Of a stretch of 64,000 nucleotides of DNA, positions 12,301 through 25,125 are shown piece after piece. Location: NCBI GenBank assembly GCA_013416795.1, contig RQSC01000018.1:21002-85001 (forward strand), in the 5' to 3' direction. The first letter of the stretch is position 1, and the number at the start of each line of letters is the position of its first letter. The notes beneath the pieces are model-generated. The model saw only the letters and a program-made list of their open reading frames with translations. It was not told the DNA's origin and did no database searches. The DNA comes from Prasinococcaceae sp. CCMP 1430. Its lineage: Eukaryota > Plantae > Prasinodermophyta. Position numbers and translations under genes: made by a program.

Positions 12301-15300
12301 GAGCAGGACAAGCCCACCATGTTCATGTTCACCGACTCGCAGATTAAGATGGAGGGCTTCGTCGAGGACATCAACTCGATCCTCAACACGGGCGAGGTGC
12401 CCAACCTGTTCGACGCCAACGACACGCACATGATCCTCGAGGCTGTGCGCAAGCGCGCGCAGGCCAAGGGGCGCGCAGGCAGCCGCGCGGAGCTCATGCA
12501 GTTCTTCGTTGACGAGTGCCGGCGCAACCTGCACATCACGCTGTGCTTCTCGCCGGTGGGCAGTGCCTTCCGCGAGCGCCTGCGCAAGTTCCCTAGCCTG
12601 GTCAACTGCACGACCATCGACTGGTTCACAGCGTGGCCGCAGGAAGCGCTGCTGAACGTCGCCAAGCGCTTCCTGGACGAGGTGGACGTCGATCCAAAGG
12701 TGAAGGCGGGTTTGGTGGACACGGCCATGTACTTCCACACGAGCGTGGAGGAGCTCTCCAAGCGCTACCTGTCGGAGCTCCAGCGCCACTACTACGTGAC
12801 GCCCACCTCGTACCTCGAGCTCATCAACTCGTACAAGTCGCTGCTGGCCGAGCGTCAGAAGAAGATCGCCGGCCTCAAGAACCGCTACGAGGTCGGCCTC
12901 GAGCAGCTGCTGAGCGCCGAGTCGCAGGTTGGGGTCATGCGCAAGGAGCTCGAGGACCTCAAGCCGGGCCTCATTACCGCCTCCAAGGAGGTCAGCGAGC
13001 TCATGGAGGTGATCGACAAGGAGACCACGGACGCCAACAAGGTACGCGTCGTCGTGCAGGCCGAGGAGGAGGTGGCCTCGAAGAAGGCCGCCGAGGCCAA
13101 GGCCATCAAGGACGAGACAGAGGCCGAGCTCGCTGTGGCCATGCCGCTGCTGGAGTCCGCGCTCAAGGCGCTCGATACGCTCACGAAGTCGGACATCACC
13201 GAGCTCAAGGGCATGAAGAGCCCGCCCGCGGGTGTGCGCCTCGTGCTGGAGGCCGTGTGCATCCTCAAGGGCATCAAGGCCGCGCGCGTCAAAGACTCGA
13301 ACGGCAAGATGGTACCGGACTACTGGGGACCCGCCAAGACCATGATGACCGATACGGGCTTCCTGGCGAGCCTGCAGACGTTCGACAAAGACAACATCCC
13401 ACCGTCCGTCATAAACAAGGTGCGCCCGTATGTGTCCAACCCTGACATGGCACAGGAGGTCATCAAGAAGGCCTCCAAGGCGGCCTTCGGCCTGTGCTGC
13501 TGGGTGGGCGCCATGGAGGCGTACGACCGCGTGGCCAAGGTGGTCGAGCCCAAGCGCGCAGCGCTAGCCGTTGCCGAGCAGGAGTACGAGGTTGTGATGG
13601 CCGGCCTGCGCGAGAAGCAGGCCGAGCTCAAGGTGGTCGAGGACAAGCTTGCGGATCTCGACGCGCAGCTCAAGGGCGCCGAGGCCAAGAAGAAGCAGCT
13701 CGAGGACGACGTGGATCTGTGCAACAAGAAACTCGAGCGCGCCACCCAGCTCATTGGTGGCCTCGGCGGCGAGAAGACTCGCTGGACGGCCGCCGCGAAG
13801 AACTACTCGGATCAGTACGAGGACCTCGTGGGCGACGTGATGATTTCGGCGGGGGTGCTGAGCTACCTCGGGGCATTCACGCCCGCCTTCCGCTCAAAGC
13901 AGGTCGACGAGTGGGTGGCCACCGTTCGCGAGAAGCAGATCCCATGCTCCGCCAAGTACTCGCTCGAGCTCGTGCTGGGCGACCCCGTTCAGACGCGTCA
14001 GTGGAATATCGACGGCCTGCCCAAGGACTCCTTCAGCTGCGAGAACGGCATCATCGTGGAGAAGGCGCGCCGGTGGCCGCTCTTCATCGACCCGCAGGGC
14101 CAGGCCAACGTGTGGGTGCGCAACATGCACGCCAATAACAACCTTGTGGTCATCAAGCTCTCCGACGGTGACTTCCTGCGCCAGCTGGAGACGGCCATCC
14201 AGTTCGGCAAGCCAGCGCTGCTCGAAAATGTTGGCGAGGAGCTGGATCCGTCGCTGGAGCCGCTGCTGCTGCAGCAGACGTTCAAGTCGGGCGGCGAGCT
14301 GTGCATCAAGCTTGGTGACGCCACGGTGGCCTTCTCCGACGAGTTCAGGTTCTACATCACCACCAAGCTCCCCAACCCGCACTACTCCCCGGAGACCAGC
14401 GTGAAGATCTCGCTCGTGAACTTCATGATTACTCGCGAGGGCCTCTTCGATCAGGTACGACACTGTCGACCTTTTTTAGTTCTTGCATTTCGCTCCTGAA
14501 CGATCAACTGACGCAACGCCTCCAACACTACCCCACCCCGCCCCCCGCCCCTTCCCCCCCAACCACAAACAGATGCTAGGCATCGTCGTGGCCAAGGAGC
14601 GGCCCGACCTGGAGGAGGAGAAGAACCAGCTCGTCCTCCAGGGCGCCGAAAACAAGCGCGCGCTGGCCGAGATCGAGGACAAGATTCTCAACGTGCTGTC
14701 GGCGGCCGACAACATCCTCGAGGACGAGTCCGGCGTGGCCGTGCTCAGCGCGTCCAAGACGCTCTCAGACGAGATCACGGCCAAGCAGAAGGTTGCTGAG
14801 GAAACCGAGGTGAAAATCGATGCGGCGCGCCAGGGCTACGTGCCCGTGGCCGACCGCGCGCAGGTACTCTTCTTCTGCGTGTCGGACTTGGGCAACATCG
14901 AGCCCATGTACCAGTACTCTCTGCCGTGGTTCGTCGACTTGTTCGTCCGCTCGATTGCCGCCAGCGAGAAGTCCGACGACCTCGCCGAGTGTCTGGAGCA
15001 CCTCAAATCGCACTTCCAGTACTCTCTCTACTGCAACGTGTGCCGCTCGCTCTTCGAGAAAGACAAGCTGCTCTTCTCCTACCACGTGGCCACGCGCGTC
15101 ATGCTCAACGCCAACGAACTCGAGGAGGCACAGGCTCGCCACCTGCTCACCGGTGGGGTCGCCCTTGAGGATCCGCCCCCCAAGCCCGACGCCGCGTGGC
15201 TGTCGGATAAGACGTGGGCGGAGCTCTTCCGCCTCTCGAGCCTCGCACCGGAGCTCGAGGGCGTGCACGAGCTCGTGGCGGCCGATCTTGACGCCTTCAA

Positions 15301-17475
15301 GGAGGTATACGACTCCAACACGCCCGAGCGAAGCGAGATGCCCTGTGGCCTACACGAGAGGATCACGTCCTTCCAGCGGCTGCTGCTCCTGCGCGCGATC
15401 CGTCTGGACAAGGTCGAAGCAGGCATCAGCCTGTTCGTGGCCGACAGGCTAGGCGAGCGCTTCATCGAGCCACCGCCGCTCAACCTGGCAGCGTGCTACG
15501 CGGACTCGACGGTCTCCGCCCCGCTCATCTTCGTGCTGTCACCGGGCTCGGACCCGATGACAATGCTGCTCAAGTTTGCGTCGGACCAGGGCGTGCAGAT
15601 CGACAGCGTGAGCCTCGGCCAGGGGCAGGGCCCGATCGCAGCCAAGGCCATGCGCGCGGCGTTCCAGGCGGGCTCGTGGGTGGTCCTACAGAACTGCCAT
15701 CTGGCAGTGTCGTGGATGCCTACGCTCGAGAAGATCTGCGAGCAGGAGATGCTGGCGGGCAAGGTGCACGAGCGTTTCCGCCTGTGGCTCACGTCGTACC
15801 CCAGCCCGTACTTCCCCGTGGCACTGCTGCAGGGCGGCGTCAAGATCGTGCAGGAGGCGCCCAAGGGCCTGCGAGCCAACCTCACTCGCAGCTACCTGGC
15901 AGATCCCATCTCGGACCCAGCCTTTTTCGATGCGTGCACGAAGGAGACCGAATGGCGCCGCCTGCTCTTCGGGCTGTGCTTCTTCCATGCCTTCGTGCAG
16001 GAGCGGTGCTCGTTCGGGCCGCTCGGCTGGAACATTCCGTACGCCTTCTCGGACTCGGACCTCCGCATCTCCGTGCGACAGCTGGCCATGTTCCTCGACG
16101 AGTACCCCGAGGAGACGCCCTTCAAGGCGCTGCGCTACCTCACGGCGGAGTGCAACTACGGCGGCCGCGTAACCGACGACCAGGACAGGCGAACGCTCAA
16201 CACCATCCTCGACGCGATCTATTGCCCGGCCTTCCTCGAGGACGTCCACGCTTTCTCGGAGAGCGGAAACTTCACCGTGCCCGCGCACGGCCCGTACGAT
16301 CACTATCTCGAGTACATCAAGAAGCTGCCCATCGAGGCGCCGCCGGAGGTGTACGGCTTCCACAACAACGCGAGCATCGTGCGCGAAATCAATGGTGCCG
16401 AGCAGCTCTTCGACAGTCTGCTCACCGCCGGCGGACGCGGCGGCGGCGGCGGCGGCAGCGGGCGAGATGAGATCATCTTCGGCGTGAGCGATGACCTACT
16501 GAAACGTGTGCCAGAGCCCTTCGATGTCGAGGCCGTGCAGCAGAAGTACCCCGTGCTCTACATGGAGAGCATGAACGTGGTGCTCGCGCAGGAGTGCGTG
16601 CGCTACAACCGCTTGATTAGCGTCATTCGCAACTCGGCGGCAAATCTGAAGAAGGCCGTCAAGGGCCTGGTCGTCATGTCGAGCGAGCTCGACGAGGTGG
16701 CGCAGGCGATGGTCGACAGCAAGATTCCCGCCATGTGGGCGGCAAAGTCCTACCCGAGCAGGAAGCCACTGGCCTCGTACGTCAACGACCTAATCGAGCG
16801 CCTCGCGATGCTTCAGGCGTGGATAGACACAGGGGCGCCCACCGTTTTCTGGATGCCCGGCTTCTTCTTCACGCAGGCCTTCCTGACGGCCTCGCGCCAG
16901 AATTATGCGCGCCGTGAAAAGATATCCATCGACTGGCCTCGTACGTCAACGACCTAATCGAGCGCCTCGCGATGCTTCAGGCGTGGATAGACACAGGGGC
17001 GCCCACCGTTTTCTGGATGCCCGGCTTCTTCTTCACGCAGGCCTTCCTGACGGCCTCGCGCCAGAATTATGCGCGCCGTGAAAAGATATCCATCGACTTG
17101 CTCGACTTTGACTTCGAGGTGATGGACAAGGAAGGGCAGTGCGATACGCCGCCCGAGGAGGGCGTCTACGTGCATGGCCTCTTCATCGAGGGCGCCAAGT
17201 GGAATACCGACCGACACGTGCTCGACGAGGCCGACATCAAGGTGCTGTACAGCGCAGCGCCCAACCTGTGGCTCAAGCCCGTCGAAATCAAGGACATCGA
17301 CCTCACGGAGCCGCACTACGTTGCGCCCGTATACAAGACCAGCGAGCGGCGCGGCGTGCTGTCCACCACGGGCCACTCCACAAACTTCGTTATGAGCGTC
17401 AGGCTGCCGAGCGACAGACCCCAGAGTTTCTGGATCAAGCGTGGCGTCGCCCTCCTCTCACAGCTGGACACATAG
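4579..17475 (+). CDS. Axonemal dynein heavy chain, single-headed inner-arm type (DNAH3/7/12-like); 5' exon(s) upstream of 4579 unresolved
   Basis: Linker WLYLEPIF and [20 protein letters not shown]1 [12 protein letters not shown]|DLAKAL, AAA3 [11 protein letters not shown]4 GVGGSGRQS, stalk coiled coil, C-terminus [13 protein letters not shown]...[12 protein letters not shown]. Introns 8869-9032, 9294-9450 and 14455-14572. The frame is broken only by the 164-bp duplication at 16768-17095. Confidence 0.95.
9328..9379. repeat. Poly(C) tract of about 50 nt inside dynein intron
   Basis: Homopolymer visible within intron 9294-9450. Confidence 0.9.
16768..17095 (+). repeat. Perfect 164-bp tandem duplication within dynein CDS
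   Basis: 16768-16931 is identical to 16932-17095, with ACT microhomology at the junction. It shifts the frame to TAA at 16955-16957. Confidence 0.95.
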
Positions 17476-18169
17476 GAGCGAAATCCTTCCGAACCCCCTA
17501 CTGTACTAATATTGACCAAACGCAACCTACGTGTAGGTGCTAATGTGTACATTAACATGTGTGTTTGTACTCTGCAGCCCACGTCGCACAGCCCCGCGCG
17601 GGCAACCGCGCTGGGCCCGCCGTCCGCCCTGGCGGCGGCAGATTGCGTCCTCGCCCGCCCGCTCGGCTTGGCGCACCCTGCCAGCCGGCCGCCCCGCCGG
17701 GCCTGCGGCCCCCGGCGCTGGCTGCAGCGCAGCGCGGGCCCCTTTGGTGCCCATTCGGGGAACGCCCGCCCGTCACGTGCCCGCCTGCTGCACGCGCAGT
17801 GCCTCGGATCCGGGGGTGGGGCAAATCCGACCCCCCCAAAGCGAAATTAAGGGTTTGGATGAGGGTCTGGCCAATGGTGTGAATTGTGTGGCGGGGTTTC
17901 GGCGCGCGGCGACTATGGATCGCGCGGCGGCGTGGCAGCACGTGCGGTCAGGGGGGCGGGGGCGCGGCACAGCGGCGCGCGGCGGCGGCGCGCGCGGCGG
18001 CGGAGGCGGGCGAACGCGCCCGCGCGACGCTGCCGCCACGCGCGCCATGCTGGCAAAAAAAAAAAAAATGGCGCGCGCGAGGGGTGGGGCACGGGCGTGA
18101 GTCCCCCTCCCCCTGCCCCTTCCCACGCCCGGCCCTGCCCACGACGGGGCACGCGCGGGAAGCGGCGCA

Positions 18170-20069
18170 TTGCATCGCGATCAGCCCGATGCGATCGCGC
18201 GGGCAGCGCCGCGCCGCGCGGCGGCCACCGCGGTGGACGCCGGGGCGCTCACTGGCGTGGCACTCTTCTTCACGCCGGGCGCGCTGCTCGCGGCGTACTC
18301 GGTGTACCGCGGCAACGGGAACTTTGCCGATGGCTTCTCCAGGGTCATCACAGAGCTGAGCCAAGGCTATTTCAACCCCAACGCAGGCGGCGCCACCGTG
18401 CCCGTATGCGAGGGCGAGCTGAGCGACCTCGCCGGCGGCGACCCGCTCTTCGTGCCGCTGCAGCGCTGGGCCAACGAACTTGGCGGCGTGTTCAAGCTCG
18501 CCTTCGGCCCAAAGTGCTTCCTGGTGGTCTCCGATCCCATTGTTGCGCGTCACCTGCTCCGGGAGAATGCTATGGGCTTCGACAAGGGCATGCTGGGCGA
18601 GATTCTGAGCGAGATCATGGGCAAGGGCCTCATTCCCGCGGACAACGAGACATGGAAGGTAAGCACGTCCCGGCCCGCTGCTCCTCGTTCCCCCGCCTTG
18701 CCCCGCCCCGCCCAGGCCCGCTCAGCCCCATTGTTTTATTGCTCGCGTGCTGACAGCGCCAACCACGCACTTGCATCCCCGCCCTCTCCTCGCTCCCGGC
18801 CCCTTTTAGCCGCGGCGGCGTGCGGTCGTGCCCGCCTTCCACAAGGCGTACCTCGAGAACTGCGTTGACATGTTTGGCGAGTGCACCGAGCTCTCCGTGG
18901 CCAACCTGGACAAGGCCGCTGCCTCGGGTAAGCCCGTGGACATTGAGAACGAGTACCTGAATCTCGCACTCGACATCATCGGGCGCGGAGTGTTCAACTA
19001 CGACTTCGGATCGACGACGACAAACACGCCGGTGGTGAAGGCAGTGTACGGAGCGCTCAAGGAGGCCGAGCACCGCAGCACTTTCTACCTGCCGTACTGG
19101 AATGTGCCGGCACTGCGTGCCATCGTGCCACGCCAGCGCGCCTTCGCCTCGGACATGAAGATCATCAACGACACGCTCGATACTCTCATCGCGCAGGCGC
19201 GCTCCACCTCCACCGCCACAGACCTTGAGGCGCTGCAGAATAGGGACTACTCCAAGGTGCAAGACGCGAGCCTTCTGCGCTTCCTGGTGGACATGCGCGG
19301 CGAGGACATCGAGGACGCGACGGACGGCCAGCTGCGCGACGACTTGATGACCATGCTCATTGCTGGCCACGAAACCACCGCACAGGTCCTCACATGGGCG
19401 AGCTTCTGCCTGTCACAGGACCCCGAGCTTGAGGCGCGTGTGGCGGACGAGGTGCGCGGAGTCCTGGGCGATGACGACCGACGGCCGGATTTGGATGACA
19501 TCAAGCGCATGCCCCTCACACGACTGTGCATCGCTGAGTCCCTGCGGCTGTACCCGCAGCCGCCACTGCTGATTCGTCGCTCCACAGACGAGGAAGATAC
19601 GCTGCCTGGCGGGCTCGACGCCGCGGACCCCAATGGCTATCCCATCGGCAAGGGTACCGACCTCTTCATCAGCGTGTGGAACATCCATCGCGACAAGCGC
19701 CTGTGGGGCGAGGACGCCGATGTATTCCGCCCGGAGCGTTTCTACGAGGCCATGGAGGGATCTGCGGACGGCCAGTGGGCTGGTCGCACGCCCTTCGAGA
19801 ACGAGTCTGGTCCGCTGTATCCGAATGAGGTGCTTACCGACTTCGCCTACATCCCTTTCGGTGGCGGGGCGCGCAAGTGCATCGGCGACCAGTTCGCGAT
19901 GATGGAGGCGACGGTGGTGCTTTCCATGTTTGTGCGAAGGTACAAATTCACCATCGCCAAGCCTATTGAGGAAGTAGGAATGGCCACGGGCGCCACCATT
20001 CACACCGCCAGCGGCCTGCCAGTGACCGTGCAAATGAGGGAGCCATCCGTGGCCGCTGTCTCTGCCTGA
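18170..20069 (+). CDS. CYP97B: Cytochrome P450 CYP97B (carotenoid hydroxylase family); N-terminal transit-peptide exon uncertain (about 17915-18170)
   Basis: GGVFKLAFGPKCFLVVSDP, LLRENAMGFDKGMLGEIL, EAEHRSTFYLPYW, I-helix AGHETT, K-helix ESLR, heme FGGGARKCIG, GMATGATIHT. Intron 18659-18809. Confidence 0.92.
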
Positions 20070-20322
20070 TCAAGTGGCGGAGACTGGTGAAGGCACGGCT
20101 TGGCAGCATCGGCGAGGCGAGCGGACAGGAAGTGGGGTCAGATGCGGACATACTTACAGAGTGCTGTAGAGTGTAACTTGTAGATGCATTTGTCACTCAG
20201 GATCGGGGGCTTCTGTGGTCGCGTGTGCGTATGGCAGGCGTGGTAAGTCATTTGTGGTCCCTGAAGGGCGACTTCAGCCAAGCGGCCATCGCCAGGATGA
20301 CTTCGCCGTCGGTCGCAGGCCT

Positions 20323-21720
20323 TCAGCCGACGAGGTGCTCGATGTGCTTTTCGAACTTCGCGGAGGCAGCATTGTAGACTGCGTACAGAGGCGCCAGCAT
20401 GGTCGGGCCTAGGGCACTCAGCAGCTCGAATCCAATGGCCGAAGACGCGATGCTTTTCTTGCGGTAGCCCCCGTCGCGTCCCTCGCCAGTACTGAGCTGG
20501 TTGCGGCGCATGCTCGAGTCCCAACACTCCACTGGGAGGCAGATCTCGTCACCGAGCACGTGGCCGAGCAGCCGCAGGCTGTCATCCCACCGCTCGTTGA
20601 TTAAGACGATCATGTTGCAGTCTTTGTCGAGCGCGTCCTGAGCCAGGGAGATGGCTTGGGCGCCTCCAACAGCGGCCTCTCGGCCGCCGCTCTTCGCGGC
20701 CTGGGCGAACTCGGCGGCGCTCAGCTTCGCAGCCGCAGCGTCTTCGGGCGTCAGAGGAATTAGCAGCCCGGTTGTGGAATTGTACTCGGCTCGGGCGGAC
20801 TTCCTCGGCACCTGCGCGCAGAGCGACTGGACGATGTCGTCGTCGAGGACGCGGTTGGCATAGGCGAGGCACATCTCGTGCGCTAGCGTGGCGAGATTCG
20901 CCTCGGACGCGTTACGGCTCAAAGCCAGGCTCAAGCGCAGGTCGCGGTCGACACAGGTCTTGCACATTGAATCCGCGAGCGCACGCTGGTGCGCGGTTGG
21001 GGAAGGGATGGCTTTGAGATGCGCGGCGCGCTCGTGGAGGAGAAGCTCCTCGTAGTAGCTCACCATCCAGCTGCCCGGGTCGCGAAGCGTCACGACGTAC
21101 AGGTGCCGCTTCCGGTCCTGCATCTGGCTCTCGCGCGCCTCTCCCCCCATGTCTGGGGCATGCACGAGGATGCTCGAGCGGTCCATCGCTGCACGGAAGT
21201 CGCGGGTAACCAGGTGGCCGTAGATGAGTCGCGGTCCACTGCCTCGGCTATCAGCCGCGTCCCCAGAGCTGCTCTTCGCCGTGGCCGCCAACCATTGCTC
21301 CAGCCCCTCTTGCTTGTCGGAGGAAGCGGCTGTCCCGTAGTGCATGGCCAGGATGCTCTCAGCCGTGCTTTTGCCCCCCCCCGCAAGGGTGCTGGCGATG
21401 CCCGGCTCTTTCCTCTCCGTAGCAGCCGCCGCACGGCACTCGGCGCGCTCATGCTCGAGAGCGGGAGGAGCTGCACATGCGCGCTTGAGAATGGCAGCGA
21501 GCGTGGTGCCACCAGTCTTGGGATTGTGTGAGAAGAGGGTAGCACCGAACTCAGCGGGCCGTGCGACCACGCCCTTGGGCAATGATGCCGGGCAGGAAGC
21601 CCCCCCGAGCGGGCGCACCTCTTCGCCGGCGCGGGCAGCAGCGCACAAATTGGTGTCTAGGCCAAACAGCCAGGCGTTGCACGCGACGATCGCGCAAAGC
21701 GCCAAGGCTGGGGCGCGCAT
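20323..21720 (-). CDS. Golgi-type sulfotransferase family protein (type II membrane or secreted)
   Basis: Hydrophobic N-terminus MRAPALALCAIVACNAWLFG; 5'-PSB motif FSHNPKTGGTTL; 3'-PB motif YVVTLRDPGSWMVSYY; LINERWDDSLRLL. Confidence 0.75.
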   Translation of the reverse strand: MRAPALALCAIVACNAWLFGLDTNLCAAARAGEEVRPLGGASCPASLPKGVVARPAEFGATLFSHNPKTGGTTLAAILKRACAAPPALEHERAECRAAAATERKEPGIASTLAGGGKSTAESILAMHYGTAASSDKQEGLEQWLAATAKSSSGDAADSRGSGPRLIYGHLVTRDFRAAMDRSSILVHAPDMGGEARESQMQDRKRHLYVVTLRDPGSWMVSYYEELLLHERAAHLKAIPSPTAHQRALADSMCKTCVDRDLRLSLALSRNASEANLATLAHEMCLAYANRVLDDDIVQSLCAQVPRKSARAEYNSTTGLLIPLTPEDAAAAKLSAAEFAQAAKSGGREAAVGGAQAISLAQDALDKDCNMIVLINERWDDSLRLLGHVLGDEICLPVECWDSSMRRNQLSTGEGRDGGYRKKSIASSAIGFELLSALGPTMLAPLYAVYNAASAKFEKHIEHLVG

Positions 21721-22097
21721 TTTCCCGATGCGGTTGGCCTGGCACGCCCGACGCGCGAGCCTCTCTCTCCTCACCACCACGCGTGCGATGAAAGCGGGCA
21801 GCGCGAGCGTGGGTGCAGGCGAGACCTTGGGCGGTGCGCCCAGCCGCGGGCGTGCACGTGCGCACCGCGGGCTGTGGCATCGCTGCGGACTTGGACTTGG
21901 CATTGTTGCGTTGAGAATTCGATTCGTAGCACACTCGTCACACTCGGCGTTTGTGCGCGCGTTTGCCCAGGCGTTCCTTGCGCGCACCCCTCCGGCCGCG
22001 CCACATGCCATGCCCCGCGCGCGGCGGGCCCCGCCGGCCCCCGTCACGGCGTGTGGGCACCATGGGGGGCACACTGCACCCGCTTAACGTGCTTCAC

Positions 22098-23382
22098 ATG
22101 GCGCACTGGGCGCTATGGCTGCTATGGAGCGAGCTGCTCGCGCTGCTCGCGCCGCAGCGGAGCGCGCTGCCTGAGAGGGTGGCTGCGCGAACTGGCAAGG
22201 TGCGCACGCGTTGCGTGGGCGATGCGCGCGCGTGCCGAAGGGCACGCACTAGGAGCGATGTTCGCGAGCGCGGGAGCTCACACCGAGGGATCAATGTGCT
22301 TACGCGGCAGCGCTGCCTCGTGCTGGCGATGGAAGCGTGTGCACACCGCGGCCGCTGACGCACGCCGGCGCGCTGGCTGTGACTGGGAAGCACTATAGCC
22401 ACTGAACACGGTCGTTGTCACGGGAGCCTCCTCTGGCCTGGGATATGCCACCGCGCGCACGCTAGCTCTCGAACACAATATGCACGTCGTGCTAGTGTGC
22501 CGCAGGGAGAGCACTGGGCAGAGCGCGCTCGACGCGCTGCAGGCGCTTGGCGGCGCATGCAGCCTCATGGCTCCCGCAGACCTCGCATGCACTGACGTCG
22601 CGGAGAGGATCGCCGCGCAGGTGGAGGCGCAGGGTGCGTCTCAGTGCGCGTACTTGCGGGCGCCCCGGTCTTCAAGACGCGCGGTGCGCGTCCTGACGGT
22701 CGCGCCCCACGCCTTCTCTCTCCCCGTCGCGCCTCTTTCCCCGCTTTCCCACGCTCTCGCAGTCGAGGCTGGCACGCTGCCGCCGCTGCTCGCGCTGGTC
22801 AACAACGCCGGCGTGCTGCCCGGCCGCATGGACGAACGCGCTGCTGCCGAGGCGAATGTGCCAGGAGTGTGCGATGCACTGCACGTGCGCGCCGTCACGC
22901 GGCTGTCGCGTGCGCTACTGCCGACGCTCGGCCGCACGCACGCACGCTCGCCGCGAGTGGTCACCGTGGGATCGTTCACACACAGGGCGGCGAGCGCGCG
23001 CGCGGCGCTACCAGCACGAGCTTACAGCCGCTCGAAGCTCGGCGGCGTGGCGGTGACACTCGCGCTGGATGAGGAGCTACGAGTACGCAGCTCGACGGGA
23101 GCGCGCGTGCGCTGCGTCGTTGCCGACCCCGGGGCCGTGCGCACTGCGCTCACGCGCGCGTGGCCTCGCTGGCTCGTGGCGGCCTTCAACGGCGTGTTTG
23201 CGCGCGCGCCCGAGCGTGCGGTCGGCGCTGTGATTGGCGCGGTCCTCAGCGAATGTCTCGAGGGCGGCGAGTACTTGTATGGCCCACACGCAGTGCCGTT
23301 GTCGCCCTCCAGGCGCGCGCAGGCGATGGCACATGCCCTTGCGGAGGACGCGCTCGCAGCACTCGCGCGCGGCGGGCAGTGA
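22098..23382 (+). CDS. Short-chain dehydrogenase/reductase (retinol dehydrogenase-like)
   Basis: VVVTGASSGLG (Rossmann TGxxxGxG), LVNNAG, VVTVGS, catalytic YSRSK, DPGAVRT. Intron 22200-22398 and probably 22634-22762. Confidence 0.85.
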
Positions 23383-23438
23383 GACCCTCCGCTGCCCCGC
23401 CGCGTCGATGCATAACCTGTTGTATCCTATTGTACACA

Positions 23439-24915
23439 TTACATGACGTCGATGCCTGCTGCCTCTAGTTCAGCAGCGCTGACGATAACCGGCACGTCAT
23501 CGCCATCGCGATCGCCATCGCCGCGCGCGCCCATCAGCATTTCTGCCAGCGCGGCCGCATCGTCCGCCTACCATCGCCATTGCGCGTGCGTGAGCGCAAG
23601 AGCATGCATGAAGGGTCAGCTCCCTCGTCGTTAGAAGCGCGCGTTGACGCGGGCGCGCTAGCGCGATCAAGCACGGGCTGTAATGCGCCAAATGCCTCAC
23701 CTTCGCAGCGGCACGCTCGCTCGCCCTGAGTTGGTCGACTCGCGCACGGAGCACGCCGCTTCCAGACCCCACACGTGGACCAAAGCGCTCAAATGCCAGC
23801 TCGCAGAGCTGCGCGCCCGCTCGCGAGAGCGCACGGTGGGGGGCACCGTTGCGTCCGCCAGGTGCGTGTCCGGAGTCGGCACCGCGGCTGCACTCCCTCC
23901 AGGCGTCGTCCTCGAGTGTCGCGAGCAGCTCGGCCAGCGCTCCTTCGACCGCAGAGCCCGCCGCCAGTGGGTCCTCAAAGAAGTCTTCAGGCACGTGTTG
24001 AAGCTGCGCTCCGAGGACCTGCGCGAATTCTGCGTACAGCTCCGGCCTCGACGCCGCCGCATCGCGCGCGCAGCTACACAGCAGGGCCACGGACGCCTGC
24101 CATTGCGCGAGTGCTGCGGCGCCACTGCCGAACAGGAAAAGCACGAAGGCGAGTTGCACCTCAGCTAGCATCGCCGTGCCGTTGTTCGCGTAGCATTCTG
24201 CGAGCGCCGCGTCGAGCCGAGCGCGGCCATCTGTGGCGAGGCGTGTGAGTGCTGCGCCGCTCACCGGCTCGCCGCTCGAGGCACCCACCGGTCGCCTCGC
24301 GCGCAGCGCCGTGCCTGCAAAGACCGGTGTGCGAAAGCCATCTTCGATCCTCGCCACTATTGCGCCCTCAGTTGCGCCGCCGGGCGCCACATCAGGATCA
24401 CCCGGGTGCAGGCGAGCGCCGAGCGGCACGCCTGCGCGCTCGAGCGTTGTAGGCGTGACAAGGTGCGTGAGAGCGCGCCACTCGGCCCAGCGCGCACGCT
24501 CATACGCTGCGGTTGACGCGTCGAAGTCGCCGCGTTTCACACCCGCACCTAGCCGCTCATCCTCATCTGCGTCTGCGCTGTGCAACCGCGCTCGCGGTCC
24601 GAGGCACTCCTCGGCTTCGCGCCAGCGCCGCACGTCCACGCTGCCGGGAGGCAGCGCGATAAACTCGGCGACGCGCGTCGCACCGGCGCCCCCCGCGCGC
24701 TCCTCGGCGCAGCTGGTGAGCAGGTGCACGCCGCGTGGCGGCACGCCGCGGAAACCGCGGAATGCGTCGCCCACCGCCCACTCGGCGCCATCAAGCCCGA
24801 TGCTCGCGCCTGCGGGCACGCCGAGCAGCAGCAGCGCGCCGCCCCCACCATGGAAGAGCTCGGCCTCGCCGCCCGCGCCGCCGCTGCCGCTGCCGCCGAC
24901 GCCCAGCGCGGCCAT
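23439..24915 (-). CDS. AAR2: AAR2 U5 snRNP assembly factor
   Basis: ALLLLGVPAGASIGLDG..W.VGDAFRGFRGVPP.GVHL, MLAEVQLAFVLFL, AQLQHVPEDFFED. Intron 23568-23700 yields C-terminal GDDVPVIV; stop 23439-23441. Confidence 0.88.
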
Positions 24916-25084
24916 CGCCCGCACCGCTGCGCGGCCCAAGCGTCGACGACCAGCCCTTCGATTCGACTCCCGCGTCTCGGCCGAGGGCGGTGGGGGAGAA
25001 GGGCCACCTCCTCCCTCCCCGTCGCCCGCGCGCGCTGTGTGCCAAGGCCCGCCGCCGGCGCAGACTGCGACGGCGCGGCGGTGG

Positions 25085-25125
25085 TTAGGGTTATGACCAG
25101 TACTTAAGGTTGTATATAGGGTTAG
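25085..25125. promoter_or_regulatory. Telo-box-like TAGGGTT motifs in AT-rich island of a divergent promoter (AAR2 / C2-like gene)
   Basis: TTAGGGTTA at 25085 and TAGGGTTAG at 25117. Similar motifs recur upstream of other genes (906, 3572, 17847, 27431). Confidence 0.45.

Noticed and set aside
18170-23382. CYP97B + sulfotransferase + SDR as a biosynthetic gene cluster
   Set aside because: Predicted compartments differ (plastid versus Golgi) and adjacency is expected in a compact genome; it would need co-expression support.
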